Shown piece after piece: positions 29,361-40,523 of a DNA stretch of 64,000 nt. Within the stretch, counting starts at the first letter, position 1, and every line of letters begins with the position of its first letter. The stretch is from Candidatus Poribacteria bacterium (GTDB lineage: Bacteria > Poribacteria > WGA-4E > PCPOR2b), in contig OZ242351.1 in the NCBI GenBank assembly GCA_965208675.1, positions 1,952,001 to 2,016,000 of the forward strand, given 5' to 3'. A program made the translations under genes and the position numbers. Under the pieces are notes generated by a model, which was not told the origin of the DNA, made no database searches, and was given only the letters and a program-made list of their open reading frames with translations.

Positions 29361-30566
29361 TTATTGAACTTTCCGCGGGTTAGCACCGCGTTTCATCTTC
29401 CTATTATAAGCCGGAGACAAGGCACGCATCTGCTCGACAATGGCGGGCACTTTTTCGACGACTTCCTCGATTTCGTCCTGGGTGTTATCTTTACCGAGCG
29501 AGAATCGAACTGTGCCCTGCGCTAACTGCGGCGAGATACCGAGCGCCGCCAGTACATGTGAAGGCTCCATCGATCCAGAGGTACAGGCGGAACCGGTCGA
29601 TACACAGATGCCTTCCATATCCAACCTCAGAATCAGGCTCTCCCCTTCGACGAATTCAAACGAAATGTTTAGGGTTCCCGGTAGGCAGTATTCCGGATGA
29701 CTGTTCTCGTAGATTTTAGCGAGGCGTTCATGGAGCCCTGCGCGCAATTTGCTAGTTAGCCGGTTGAGATGTTGGCTATAGGATTCTCGGTGTTTTTTCG
29801 CCAATGCCGCGGCGGCGCCCATACCGACGATTGCGGGGACATTCTCTGAGCCTGCGCGGCGGTTGCGCTCATGCGTCCCGCCGTGAATGAGGTTCTCCAA
29901 ACGGGTGCCGCGCCGAGTATATAGGGCGCCGATGCCTTTGGGGCCGTAAAATTTGTGTGCGGAGAGCGTAAGCAGGTTTACGCCAATCTCTTGGACATTG
30001 AGCGGGAGTTTGCCAACCGACTGTACGGCGTCGGTGTGTACGGGGATGCCGTGCGAACCTGCAATTTCGCAAACGTCTTCAATCGGTTGAATTGTACCGT
30101 TTTCATTGTTCGCATGCATAATCGAAACCAAGATTGTGGTGTCACGGATTGCCTCGGAGAGATTCTCGATTTGAATCCGCCCGTACCGGTCAACCGGCAG
30201 GTAGGACACTTCAAACCCGTGCTTTTCAAGGTGTTGACACGTATGCAGCACGGCGTGATGTTCAACCGCAGAGGTGATGATGTGGTTATTGCCGTTACGA
30301 TTTTTTTGAATCTCGGCGATGCCTTTTATGGCGTAATTGTCCGCTTCGGTACCGCAACTGGTGAAAACGATTTCACTCGGACTTTTCGCACCAATTAAAT
30401 CCGCGACCTGCTCACGCGCAGTATCGATTGCGTTGCGCGCCTCGCGTCCATAAGCGTGGATACTTGAGCCGTTCCCGAAGTGCTCAATCATGTAGGGCAT
30501 CATGGCTTCCCGCACTTCAGGATGGAGCGGCGTCGTTGCATTGTGGTCTAAATAGATGCGCTGCAT
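29361..30566 (-). CDS. iscS: Cysteine desulfurase IscS/NifS
   Basis: YLDHNATTP, SAHKFYGPKG, STGSACTSGS. Confidence 0.93.
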   Translation of the reverse strand: MQRIYLDHNATTPLHPEVREAMMPYMIEHFGNGSSIHAYGREARNAIDTAREQVADLIGAKSPSEIVFTSCGTEADNYAIKGIAEIQKNRNGNNHIITSAVEHHAVLHTCQHLEKHGFEVSYLPVDRYGRIQIENLSEAIRDTTILVSIMHANNENGTIQPIEDVCEIAGSHGIPVHTDAVQSVGKLPLNVQEIGVNLLTLSAHKFYGPKGIGALYTRRGTRLENLIHGGTHERNRRAGSENVPAIVGMGAAAALAKKHRESYSQHLNRLTSKLRAGLHERLAKIYENSHPEYCLPGTLNISFEFVEGESLILRLDMEGICVSTGSACTSGSMEPSHVLAALGISPQLAQGTVRFSLGKDNTQDEIEEVVEKVPAIVEQMRALSPAYNRKMKRGANPRKVQ

Positions 30567-30649
30567 GAATTTTTCCTTAAGAGACAGTAGTCAGTAAAAT
30601 TCATTGTCGTGTATCGTCGTTTTTTGCATCACGAGTGAGACACAAATAG

Positions 30650-30849
30650 GCAAAAAGCGGACATCAAGCGGACATCGAGCGGACATGCACAAACATGTGT
30701 TAATATCGTGCGAAAATCGCGAGTTCACATCGCAGACTATGACGCCCGAATCCAGTGTCAGCGCAGGTTTGCCGGTTAAGTGTGCATACCGCAGCGAGCG
30801 CGTCAAAATGCTCATTTTGGCACACGATTGCCCGCAAAAAGCGGACATC
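30650..30849. repeat. 11-bp direct repeats AAGCGGACATC: three in tandem (30655-30687) plus one at 30839-30849
   Basis: Read directly; GCAAAAAGCGGACATC is identical at 30650 and 30834. Confidence 0.75.
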
Positions 30850-30931
30850 CTGGGTGTTTTGTGTTTTCAGTTACGTAAGCCAGCGGCCGGCGGTCTGCAA
30901 AAAGGCTTGACTGGTCACCGGCAACTTTATT

Positions 30932-32752
30932 TTAATCCGATCGAGCAGCAATCTGATCTTGGACTAAAGCAATGAACTCTTGGACGGGCATGTCATTTTG
31001 ACGGGAGCCGTCGCGTTTCCGAAGCGAAACGGTGCCACCGTTGACTTCCCGGTCACCGACTACGAGCATGTAAGGCACTTTCATCAACTGGGCTTGGCGA
31101 ATTTTCGCATTCATGCGTTCGCTACTCAAATCCGCCTTCGCACGGAGCCCTGCGTCATTTAACTGTTCGAACAATTTCTGTGCGTAGCCGTTATGATTGT
31201 CGTTGATTGGAATCACGCGAGCATGCTCCGGAGAAAGCCAGACCGGGAATCGGCCAGCATAATGTTCAATTAAGAAACCGATAAAACGTTCGTGGGTACC
31301 GAGCGGCGCGCGGTGGAGACAGATTGGCACTTCAGGATTCCCCTCGCTGTTGATAAAACGCAAACCGAAGCGTTCAGGTTGTGCGAAATCGACCTGATTG
31401 GTGGCAAGCGTGAATTCGCGGCCGATGGTGCTCCAGATTTGTACGTCAATCTTGGGACCGTAAAACGCGGCTTCATCGGTGACTTCGACAAAGGACACCT
31501 CCCCGTTTTTCATGGCGTTTCGAACCATTTCCTCCGTTTTCAGCCACATCCGTTCATTATCGACATATTTCTTACCCAGACCGCTTTTGTGGTGGGTGCT
31601 GAACCGCATGTTATATTTTTCGATGCCGAACAGCTGAAAATATTCGAGGTAGAGGTCAACGACTCGCAGAAATTCATCTTGAAACTGTTCTTCCGAGCAA
31701 TAGATGTGGGCATCGTTCATCTGCATGGATCGGACGCGCATCAGACCGAAGAGTTCGCCGCTCTTTTCAAAGCGATAGCAGGCGCCGTATTCGGCGAGCC
31801 GAAGCGGCAGATTGCGATAGCTGCGCGGGCTGCTGGCGAAGATTTTGTGGTGAAAGGGACAGTTCATGGGTTTAACGAAGTAACGGACGCCTTCCAACTC
31901 CATCGGCGGATACATGCTCTCCGTATAGTGCGCCAAGTGACCGCTGCGATCAAACAGCGCATCCTTCGCCAAGTGAGGGGTGCGAACGCGGTCGTAACCC
32001 GCTCTGAGTTCAAATTCTTTTGCGAGTTTTTCCAGTTCTTCGATGATGATTCCGCCGTTCGGCAACCACAGCGGCAGACCAGGTCCTACCTCTTCATCGA
32101 AAATGAAAATCTCTAATTCCTTGCCGAGTTTGCGGTGGTCGCGCTTTTTAGCCTCTTCAAGCCGTTGCAGGTGCCCTTTAAGTTCTTCTTTTGTGCGCCA
32201 AGCCGTCCCATAGATGCGTTGAAGCATGGGTTTATTCTCGTCGCCGCGCCAGTATGCGCCGGCAGTGTTTAACAGCTTGAAGGCGTCGGGTCGGATGTGT
32301 TTCGTATCTTCGACGTGGGGGCCTCGGCAGAGATCTTCGAAGGTATCATGACGGTATGTGCCAATGACGGGAACTTCATCGGTTGCGGCGCCGTATTCAT
32401 CCGTACCGCCCTGCACGAGTCCGTCAATTAACTCTAACTTATAGGGTTCGTTCTTGAACAGTGTTCGCGCCTCATCAACGCTGACTTCGCGATAGGTGAA
32501 TCTGTGGTTGCCCGCGATGATTTGCCGCATACGTTTTTCGATCTTTTTGAGGCTTTCCGGTGAAAATGCAACCGGATTGCCGTCGCCGTCCGTTCCCAAA
32601 TCGAAGTCGTAGTAAAATCCGTTTTCAATGGGCGGGCCAATTGCGAGTTTAGCGTTGGGGTAGAACTCGGTTACGGCTTGCGCCATAACATGGGCGGCGC
32701 TATGCCTGGTTTTATAAAGTATGTCCTGCTCGAGTTCATCTGATTTTAACAT
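30932..32752 (-). CDS. thrS: Threonine--tRNA ligase (lacks N-terminal TGS domain)
   Basis: RHSAAHVMA, DLCRGPH, RDHRKLG, KPMNCP, FYGPKID. Confidence 0.97.
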   Translation of the reverse strand: MLKSDELEQDILYKTRHSAAHVMAQAVTEFYPNAKLAIGPPIENGFYYDFDLGTDGDGNPVAFSPESLKKIEKRMRQIIAGNHRFTYREVSVDEARTLFKNEPYKLELIDGLVQGGTDEYGAATDEVPVIGTYRHDTFEDLCRGPHVEDTKHIRPDAFKLLNTAGAYWRGDENKPMLQRIYGTAWRTKEELKGHLQRLEEAKKRDHRKLGKELEIFIFDEEVGPGLPLWLPNGGIIIEELEKLAKEFELRAGYDRVRTPHLAKDALFDRSGHLAHYTESMYPPMELEGVRYFVKPMNCPFHHKIFASSPRSYRNLPLRLAEYGACYRFEKSGELFGLMRVRSMQMNDAHIYCSEEQFQDEFLRVVDLYLEYFQLFGIEKYNMRFSTHHKSGLGKKYVDNERMWLKTEEMVRNAMKNGEVSFVEVTDEAAFYGPKIDVQIWSTIGREFTLATNQVDFAQPERFGLRFINSEGNPEVPICLHRAPLGTHERFIGFLIEHYAGRFPVWLSPEHARVIPINDNHNGYAQKLFEQLNDAGLRAKADLSSERMNAKIRQAQLMKVPYMLVVGDREVNGGTVSLRKRDGSRQNDMPVQEFIALVQDQIAARSD

Positions 32753-32920
32753 TATTTTTCCTACGGGAACGGCGTGTTGTTTTAAGAACGTGATTGAAAA
32801 AAATGATGGTGAATTGACTTTTTTATATGCCAGAAAATCTCAATCGCGCGGGATTTACTAACGCCATCGCTATTCGTTCAGCTGATTCTATTCGGTCGCA
32901 CGCGGGGCAAGATGACCCGA

Positions 32921-33880
32921 CTACAAGCCTTCACTGGGGCTAAGTTCTGTTTCCAGTTGCTCTAAGCAATATTCCCAGTATTTGACGGCGTATTTTTGAA
33001 CTTCCTCCGGTTGTCCCAAGCTATTGAGATAGTGTCCAATCCATGCAAGCAGTTTGACTCGCATATCCTTCTTGACGGCAAATACCTCCGGATCATATGC
33101 GATATCGTGAAAAGCGTCCCAGTCTTTAGGTGTGAGTTGAAAATCAATCTCACGATACAAAATTAAGTTTGCCATCAATGCCTTCGTAATTTGCCGAGGC
33201 AGGTCGTCACTAAACCCATAGAGCAATTCGGGCTCGAATACCTTATCTTGCGGAAGCGCTTGGAAATAACTCAGACGAAGGTCGAAATTATCCAACTGCC
33301 GATTGGCGACCGCGATGTCTTCAAGGTTTGTTATGGGACGCGGCATCGAAACGTGATCCAGCACGACTTGGGCAGCGTCAATGACCAGCTTTCGCCCGGA
33401 CATAGATTCCAGAAATTCGCGTTCCCAATCGTTGAAAACGGGGATTTCTTTCAGCGCGGTTTCTAGCGGCATGGGCTGCTCCAGAACCCTGAGTATTGAG
33501 GCTTCAAGCGAGCGCTGGGCACGCGCCACCAGTCCATCAACGAGCGTATTTCCGATTTGAAAAAATTTTATTGTGCGATTCTTATTCAGCAAAAGGACGG
33601 ATTTTTCCAAATCGCCCTTGCTGCCGTACTCCAGTCCTATACTTGTTAGCGCGAACGCCTCCTGAATATGTTTTCGAATGGCTGTAGACGATGCGAAATC
33701 CTCTGCTTTAATCGTAATCAGCTTGTGAGAGAGTACTGCGGTATCCTCGTGGATTTCATCTATTCTCTCAGGTGTTAATTCACCAGTCTTTTGCCCGATT
33801 GCGAGTGTTTGCGCGAAAAATAGTCGATTGTCATATTGAACTAGGGCATCGGTTTCAGGTATTTTTTTGTTCTTCGTCAT
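32921..33880 (-). CDS. Hypothetical protein, DUF6178 C-terminal/DUF6179-like
   Basis: SIGLEYGSKGDLEKSVLLL..FFQIG pattern; start estimated. Confidence 0.6.
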   Translation of the reverse strand: MTKNKKIPETDALVQYDNRLFFAQTLAIGQKTGELTPERIDEIHEDTAVLSHKLITIKAEDFASSTAIRKHIQEAFALTSIGLEYGSKGDLEKSVLLLNKNRTIKFFQIGNTLVDGLVARAQRSLEASILRVLEQPMPLETALKEIPVFNDWEREFLESMSGRKLVIDAAQVVLDHVSMPRPITNLEDIAVANRQLDNFDLRLSYFQALPQDKVFEPELLYGFSDDLPRQITKALMANLILYREIDFQLTPKDWDAFHDIAYDPEVFAVKKDMRVKLLAWIGHYLNSLGQPEEVQKYAVKYWEYCLEQLETELSPSEGL

Positions 33881-34709
33881 CTTCAATTTTAGATTTCTCA
33901 GATGTTTCGTCCGAATTGCCGCCTTCAAGATTCAGATTATCAAGATCGACCTTTTCAAAAACTTCCTCCTCCGTAATATCAATGCCAGCCACGGTATCTC
34001 GCGCTTGAACACGTTCGTCGCGCTGCTCCTTAACTTGGTCAAGGGCTCGATCGGGTTCTAGACCTAATTTTTGGCGATCTGCCGCCCGCGCCTCCAGCGT
34101 AAAGATTTCATTCAACAGACTTGTGAACAGATCTTCATCCGCTTCCCAAATTGCTGTTACGATGTCTCTTGTCCGCTCATCGGCATACACAATCTCCTTG
34201 GATGTAGGATCGATTAAACCTGCCTCAATGAACAGGGCTTTGTAGCTAGTTTTAACTTTAACGCGATCGTGCAACATGTTGGCAATTAACCTGACATCCA
34301 CGCGAGAGAGTAAAATCCCGAGCTCATCGCGGTCACATTCCGACAATTCATAAAGCCAGAGGTTGAGTGATTTTTCATCGAGTTTGCCGTGTCGCCATAA
34401 TGTCAGATCCATTAGTTCTTCAAACTGTTCTGGCGAAAGGCATTGTAACATAATCGATGCCAGTCCCGTGCCGATTGTCCTGTCCAATATTTGCAGCACA
34501 TCTTGTGTCGGGGTATTTTGGACGAGTTCGGTACAATCTTCCGCGAGGTAATAGAGTTCTTCCCGATCCCTAGCGTTCCGCGTGGACGAGATAATTTCTA
34601 GCTGCTGCCCTGTTGAATAGCTTTGAAACAGCGCCTCCGCCGCCTGCGTTGGCATTGCCAACAGTTTTTCGGCTTCTTGCGATGAATCAACGAGTTTGGT
34701 TTGGGTCAC
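33855..34709 (-). CDS. Hypothetical protein, DUF6178 N-terminal-like
   Basis: LSPEQFEELMDLTLW..LD..LWLYEL pattern; acidic tail. Confidence 0.65.
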   Translation of the reverse strand: MTQTKLVDSSQEAEKLLAMPTQAAEALFQSYSTGQQLEIISSTRNARDREELYYLAEDCTELVQNTPTQDVLQILDRTIGTGLASIMLQCLSPEQFEELMDLTLWRHGKLDEKSLNLWLYELSECDRDELGILLSRVDVRLIANMLHDRVKVKTSYKALFIEAGLIDPTSKEIVYADERTRDIVTAIWEADEDLFTSLLNEIFTLEARAADRQKLGLEPDRALDQVKEQRDERVQARDTVAGIDITEEEVFEKVDLDNLNLEGGNSDETSEKSKIEDDEEQKNT

Positions 34710-34756
34710 GTAGTTCTCCCTATGGCATGCAGAAAAAAACGCGGACTCTTACAAAT

Positions 34757-34813
34757 GCGATTTGGAGATCGCCCCTACAGCAACGCGGTCGCGATTCGGA
34801 GATCACTCCTACA
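34757..34813. repeat. Tandem REP-like units GCGATTCGGAGATCGCTCCTAC (others at about 39443, 39497, 53024)
   Basis: Recurring CTAC-terminated palindromes in intergenic DNA. Confidence 0.7.
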
Positions 34814-35008
34814 GCAAAAACGCGATAAATTCTAACTTGTAAAGCGCATAATGTCAAGGTATGATTCACGGCGATTTGTGTTGACCGGCAAAAATGCGCA
34901 TGCTAAAATCGAACGCCAAAATATTATGTAGGCGTATGAGGTGCAAAGCTAAAATTCACGATGGCGCACTTCTATTCCGCGAGATAAAATGACGCTGGAA
35001 AAACTTCC

Positions 35009-35548
35009 ATGACACGGTATCAGAATCAGTCAATGTCCGAACTAAATTTTTATCTCTTGGAAACCGAAAATTTGCCGGACGGCATAGAAGTCCTGCAACA
35101 TAAGCGTCTTCACCAATCAGACTATCAACTAGATTTGCGTGTGGTAAGTACGAGCCACGCCCTATCAATCCGCACGCCGTTTGCCGCAATAACCGAGATA
35201 GTCGCGTGTTCAACGATTGACAACATGCAAAAGGCTACGGTTTGTGGTAAGCGGCTGCATGAATCCGGAGGAGAGGTGTTTAGCTGCACCAATTTGCGGT
35301 ATACGATTGATTGGGAGATACAACGGTACACACCCGGCAATTTTTTGCAGCGGTGCCGGCAGTTAAATTTGCAGAAGAACGCGGGGATTTACTATGAATT
35401 TCCACGGGAATCAACCGGCGTTGAACACCCTGCCGTAACGCTCATCGAGTGTGACTGCCAACCGAAACGTATCCGTGCGCACACCTGCCATACTTATCCG
35501 AACGAATTCGGGATGGTTACGACGCAAACACAGATTGAAATGACATGA
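35009..35548 (+). CDS. DUF2617 family protein
   Basis: STSHAL..ITEIVAC, AVTLIE, HTCHTYPNE; overlaps speE, the typical context for this family. Confidence 0.75.
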   Translation: MTRYQNQSMSELNFYLLETENLPDGIEVLQHKRLHQSDYQLDLRVVSTSHALSIRTPFAAITEIVACSTIDNMQKATVCGKRLHESGGEVFSCTNLRYTIDWEIQRYTPGNFLQRCRQLNLQKNAGIYYEFPRESTGVEHPAVTLIECDCQPKRIRAHTCHTYPNEFGMVTTQTQIEMT

Positions 35549-37089
35549 ACACCAACCCTTCCGATCCGAACCTTCAATCTGTGAAGTCTCGAAGCGTTAT
35601 CCTGTTGCTTTCTACCTCAATCATCGCCGTTTGCGCGCTTGTTTATGAGTTAGGCATCGGGAGCCTATCGTCCTACCTTCGCGGCAACAGTGTCTACCAG
35701 TTTTCGATTACCATCGGGCTGTTCATGACGGCCTTAGGCATTGGATCCTACCTCTCCAAATATTTTACCCAACGACTCATGACGGCGTTTATTTCGGTTG
35801 AGTTGGCAATCGGATTCATCGGCGGTTTTTCGTGTCCGCTTCTCTTTGCGGCTTACAGCTTTAAACTATTCTACGCACCGGTGATGTGGGTCTTGATTAT
35901 ACTGATTGGCACACTCACGGGGTTGGAACTTCCGCTATTGACACGCATTTTCCGCGAATACACGCCGCTGCGCATCGCGCTAGCGAACGTCTTGACCTTT
36001 GACTACTTGGGCGGGTTGATTGGCGCCCTAGCTTTCCCGTTGCTGCTGCTTCCGGTGGTCGGAATTTTCGATATATCTATGGTAATGGGGTTGGCTAATC
36101 TTGCCGTTGTCTTCGTGAACCTGGTTATATTTCGACGTGAAATCCGACGGCTGAAATTAATCTGGTTTATAAGCGTGTTGACAGCAATTGGGCTAGCAGG
36201 CGGGTTGATAGCCAGCAACCCGGTCGGCGGTTATCTTGAGCAGCGCATCTATGCGGATAAAATTATCCAATCGAAAGCGTCCAAATATCAGCGGATTGTG
36301 CTAACACGTTGGAAGGATGATGTCCGCCTTTTCATCAACGGACGGCTGCAATTCAGTGCGATGGACGAACACCGGTATCATGAAGCCCTAGTACATCCTG
36401 CGGCTTCGCTCATTTCGCCGCGGTCAGAGATACTTGTACTCGGCGGCGGCGACGGGCTTGCGGTACGAGAGGTATTGAAATACAGCGATGTGAATACTGT
36501 AACGGTCGTTGACATCGATCCGATGATTACGAATCTGGCGCGCCGGGACAGTATATTCCGCCAACTGAACGGGGATGCCCTCCACAGTCCGAAGGTACAG
36601 GTGATAAACCGAGATGCCAAGCAGTTTCTTCAAACGACGGATGAGCGGTACAACCTTATTGTCATCGATTTGCCGGATCCGGATGATGAAGGGTTGGTAT
36701 CGCTTTATTCAAGGGAGTTCTACGAACTCGTCAAACGCCGCCTTACTCGAGACGGGCTTGCTGTCACGCAGAGTTCTTCGCCTTTCTTTGCGCGGAAAGC
36801 CTTTTGGTGTATACATCAGACGATTGAATCGGCGGGGTTGCATGCGATTCCGTACCATGTCTATGTACCAAGCTTTGGCGAGTGGGGATTCAATTTATTC
36901 GCTGCATGGCGCCCGAATTCGGAGGACATCAGCATATCGGTACCGACGCGATTTCTCTCAGATGCCTCAATTGCCGCCGTGTTTACGTTTGACAAAGACA
37001 TGCAGGAAATCGAGACTAAAATTAATACGCTCTTGACGCCGATTTTGATGCGCTATCACCGGTCAGGCTGGAAATCTTGGGGGCTGTGA
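35545..37089 (+). CDS. speE: Polyamine aminopropyltransferase, membrane-fused long form
   Basis: 7 N-terminal TMs; LQFSAMDEHRYHEALVHP, LGGGDGLA, DLPDP. Confidence 0.9.
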   Translation: MNTNPSDPNLQSVKSRSVILLLSTSIIAVCALVYELGIGSLSSYLRGNSVYQFSITIGLFMTALGIGSYLSKYFTQRLMTAFISVELAIGFIGGFSCPLLFAAYSFKLFYAPVMWVLIILIGTLTGLELPLLTRIFREYTPLRIALANVLTFDYLGGLIGALAFPLLLLPVVGIFDISMVMGLANLAVVFVNLVIFRREIRRLKLIWFISVLTAIGLAGGLIASNPVGGYLEQRIYADKIIQSKASKYQRIVLTRWKDDVRLFINGRLQFSAMDEHRYHEALVHPAASLISPRSEILVLGGGDGLAVREVLKYSDVNTVTVVDIDPMITNLARRDSIFRQLNGDALHSPKVQVINRDAKQFLQTTDERYNLIVIDLPDPDDEGLVSLYSREFYELVKRRLTRDGLAVTQSSSPFFARKAFWCIHQTIESAGLHAIPYHVYVPSFGEWGFNLFAAWRPNSEDISISVPTRFLSDASIAAVFTFDKDMQEIETKINTLLTPILMRYHRSGWKSWGL

Positions 37090-37233
37090 TCGCAAGTGAT
37101 AGCGGCTTTATGCGGGGTTGTGAAAGGGCTAATCGCGGTACGGCTTCGCCCTAAACTTTAAGGTTTCGATTCCGTCATAATCAGTATTGGGTTGACCTTA
37201 GATGGAGGTTTAATAAAAACGCAGGAGATGAGA

Positions 37234-38622
37234 ATGATTCGATACGAAAAATGTTTAGTTATTATTTGTACAGTGCTATTTTGCCCGCTCGTTGGTGTCT
37301 TGGAGACCCGCGCAGAAATTCAGGCTGAACGCGAGGCTGATGTGCCAGACGCACTTACACTTGAACAGTGTATTCAGCTTGCTGTTGAAGAGTCGTCTGA
37401 CATGCGAAATGCGGCGATAGATTCGGCACTTCAGGAACTCCGCATAAAGAACGCGCGAGCGCTCTATTATCCAGAACTATTCGTAAATGGACGTTATCTA
37501 GTTTCGGACCGCTCAAATCAGATATTTGACCAGCGTTTGCTTGGCGGCGCTCAGGAGGGTTCCGTGTCTATTGGGCACAACTATGATGCCGGGATTACGG
37601 CGCGGTATACATTATGGGATCATGGGCAGCGAAGGGCAAATTTCGATCGGGCAAAGGAGAGCCTCAACGCGACCGAGCGGCGGAACCGCCGGATAAAGCA
37701 GAATCTAATTTTTGATGTGACACAGGCATACTATAATGTGCTAAAAACTCAAGCGTTGGTCAAGGTCGATAAAGAGGTTTTGGCGCGTTCGAGGGAGAAC
37801 CGCGAGCGGGTAGAAGATTTTGTAAAGGCTGGCGTTCAGATTGAAGCGGATATTGCGACGGCTCAAGTCAGGGAGGCGAACGACGAATTAAACTTACTGA
37901 ACGACGAAAACGAACTTGAGATTGCGATGGCAAATCTACCGCGGATTATGGGGTTGGATCCGGGCACATTGATTACGGTGGCAGAGGACACAACGTATCA
38001 GTTGTACCGTGAAAACGGGAAGGTCGAATTGATTGAAATGCCGCTACAGGAAGCGATTCAACACGCCAATGAGAATCGCCCCGAATTTGGGGAGGCTAAA
38101 GCGAGAATTAAACAACTTGAATCGGATGTGGCACTGGCAAAGTTGGGGCGATGGCCGCGGCTAAACGCAGAGTCGAATTATGAACTCTCCATTGATGATT
38201 CGGTTGATGAATCCAGGAATTTCAATGATTTTCAGAATTGGAACATCACTGCGACGCTGAATTTTCCTATTTTCGACGGCGGGGTCACAAAACGGCGCAC
38301 GCAAGAAGCTACGCTGACGCTTGAACAGGAACGTGAGACGGCCGGAGATCTTGAGCGGTCTATCGCATTAGAGGTTCGCCAAGCGTACCTTAGCCTGAAG
38401 CGGGCGGAACGGGCGTTGGAAATCACTGACACGCAGGTGCGGAACGCGGAGTTAAGCCTTGAAGTGACGCGAGGGCGGTATGAACAGGAACTTGCCATTT
38501 TGTTGGAACTGCTCGACGCACAGACTGAATTCGCGGGCGCACTGACGAATCAGGTTCGCGCCTTCTACGACTATAAAATCGCACAAGCGGCATTGCAGCG
38601 CGCTATGGGCGTTCTCGGATGA
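37234..38622 (+). CDS. TolC family outer-membrane protein
   Basis: [30 protein letters not shown]. Confidence 0.9.
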   Translation: MIRYEKCLVIICTVLFCPLVGVLETRAEIQAEREADVPDALTLEQCIQLAVEESSDMRNAAIDSALQELRIKNARALYYPELFVNGRYLVSDRSNQIFDQRLLGGAQEGSVSIGHNYDAGITARYTLWDHGQRRANFDRAKESLNATERRNRRIKQNLIFDVTQAYYNVLKTQALVKVDKEVLARSRENRERVEDFVKAGVQIEADIATAQVREANDELNLLNDENELEIAMANLPRIMGLDPGTLITVAEDTTYQLYRENGKVELIEMPLQEAIQHANENRPEFGEAKARIKQLESDVALAKLGRWPRLNAESNYELSIDDSVDESRNFNDFQNWNITATLNFPIFDGGVTKRRTQEATLTLEQERETAGDLERSIALEVRQAYLSLKRAERALEITDTQVRNAELSLEVTRGRYEQELAILLELLDAQTEFAGALTNQVRAFYDYKIAQAALQRAMGVLG

Positions 38623-38704
38623 AAATGACTGGAACCGGATACAACAAACCACAGTTCGACGTTCAAAACCTACGCACGCAAATTACAATCCAAGGGGTAG
38701 CCAA

Positions 38705-39385
38705 TTGTTAATTGATGTCCGCAATCTAAAGAAGATATACGCAATCGGGAAAGTTGAAGTGCACGCCCTGCGCGGCGTTTCGTTTACTGTTGAATCCGGC
38801 GAGTTTATCGCTATCATGGGGCCGTCTGGTTCCGGAAAATCCACACTGATGGATATTCTCGGATGCCTCGCAAAGCCGACGGATGGCGAGTATTATCTTG
38901 AGGCACAAGAGGTCGGCAAGCTATCGGATAATCATCTTGCGGAGATTCGCAACCGAAAGGTCGGTTTTGTGTTTCAGTCGTTCAACCTTCTGCCAAGGAC
39001 GACGGCGTTACACAATGTCGAGTTGCCGCTTATCTACAGCGGTGTGGGGCGTAGAGAGCGGAAGCGGAGAGCTTTTGAAGCGTTGGAAGCTGTTGGATTG
39101 GCGGATCGCGTCAACCACAAGTCCAATGAACTATCCGGCGGGCAGATTCAGCGCGTCGCGATTGCGCGCGCACTTGTGAACAACCCGTCAATTACGTTTG
39201 CCGATGAACCGACGGGAAATTTGGACACAAAGTCGAGTGAAGAGCTGATGGCAATCTTCGAGCAGTTGAACCAAGGCGGCAACACCATTATCATGGTGAC
39301 GCACGAGGCGGACCTGGCAGCCCATGCGCAGCGGGTTCTCCACATTCGCGACGGATTGATTGAACGGGACGAGCGGCGGGGGTGA
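38705..39385 (+). CDS. MacB/LolD-type ABC ATP-binding protein
   Basis: [33 protein letters not shown]. Confidence 0.93.
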   Translation: MLIDVRNLKKIYAIGKVEVHALRGVSFTVESGEFIAIMGPSGSGKSTLMDILGCLAKPTDGEYYLEAQEVGKLSDNHLAEIRNRKVGFVFQSFNLLPRTTALHNVELPLIYSGVGRRERKRRAFEALEAVGLADRVNHKSNELSGGQIQRVAIARALVNNPSITFADEPTGNLDTKSSEELMAIFEQLNQGGNTIIMVTHEADLAAHAQRVLHIRDGLIERDERRG

Positions 39386-39560
39386 TTGATTGAATTGTGA
39401 TGCGTGGGATTGAATGATGGGATGTGATTAGGGGAGTATGATTCGCGATGCGGAGATCGCTCCTACCGAAGGCGCGAGAAACCAGCGAGTATGTATCGTG
39501 ATTCGGAGATTGCGCCTAGCGAACTTACAGGAACTGGTATTTTAGTGAAATGATAATATT

Positions 39561-40523
39561 ATGCGCAGCGTGACGATTAGGACACCGGCTCGACTTCACT
39601 TTGCCCTTATTGATCTCAACGGTGCATTGGGTAGGATTGACGGCAGTATCGGACTGGCAATTGACGAACCGAATTTTCAGATAGAGGCTGAACCGTCGAA
39701 CCGGGTGCAGGTCGAATCCGTTCATTATCAAGCACGCGCGCGCGGCGTTGTCGAACGGCTGCAGGCGAAATTTGGGATAGGCGGGGTTAATCTCAAATTC
39801 CGATCCGAAATCCCCTATCACTCCGGATTTGGTTCCGGTACGCAACTGGCTTTAGGGATTGCCCAGTCGGTGAATCTCCTTTATGACCTTAATTTGAGCG
39901 TGACAGATTTGGCGCGAGCGGTGGGGCGCGGCGGGACCTCGGGAATCGGGGTTGCGGCATTTGAGGGCGGCGGATTCATCCTAGACGGCGGGCACTCATT
40001 CCCGGAGCAGAAATCGTCGTTTCTGCCGTCTTCGGCAGCGGAACACGCGCCACCGCCGCCCACGCTTCTGCGACATCCCTTCCCCGACTGGGACGTGCTC
40101 ATCGCCGTTCCTAATTGCAGTCGGATAGCGGGTCAAACCGAGGTTAATCTCTTTCAGAAACTGTGTCCTCAACCCCGATCCACGGCTGAACAACTCTCCC
40201 ACCTCATCTTGCTTAGACTCCTGCCAGCGATTTTTGAAGAAAATCTGGCTGCATTTGGGGAAGCCGTCAATTATATTCAAAAATTTGGATGGAAGCAGGT
40301 TGAAATTGACGCACACGGCGAGGTACTGCGACAGACGCTGAATTTCTTATTGGACAACGGCGCCGTTGGTGCCGGCGTTAGCAGTTGGGGACCGGCGATA
40401 TTTGCCTTTGGAGAAAATTTGATCGATTTGCAGGAAAAAACGAGAGTGTTCCTTAAAGGCAGGGAAGCCGGGGGGACTTGTTTCATCACGAAGGCGAATA
40501 ATACAGGTGCGGAAGTTGTGTGA
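39561..40523 (+). CDS. mptG: Beta-ribofuranosylaminobenzene 5'-phosphate synthase family (GHMP fold)
   Basis: TPARLHFALIDLNG..GRIDG, HSGFGSGTQL, GRGGTSGIG, GGFILDGGH, SSWGP. Confidence 0.88.
   Translation: MRSVTIRTPARLHFALIDLNGALGRIDGSIGLAIDEPNFQIEAEPSNRVQVESVHYQARARGVVERLQAKFGIGGVNLKFRSEIPYHSGFGSGTQLALGIAQSVNLLYDLNLSVTDLARAVGRGGTSGIGVAAFEGGGFILDGGHSFPEQKSSFLPSSAAEHAPPPPTLLRHPFPDWDVLIAVPNCSRIAGQTEVNLFQKLCPQPRSTAEQLSHLILLRLLPAIFEENLAAFGEAVNYIQKFGWKQVEIDAHGEVLRQTLNFLLDNGAVGAGVSSWGPAIFAFGENLIDLQEKTRVFLKGREAGGTCFITKANNTGAEVV

Noticed and set aside
30591-30975. ORFs 30591-30848 and 30604-30975 between thrS and iscS
   Set aside because: No RBS or recognisable motif; more likely regulatory DNA
30932-32752. 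ThrRS lacking the TGS domain
   Set aside because: Short ThrRS forms are known in several bacterial groups; not novel
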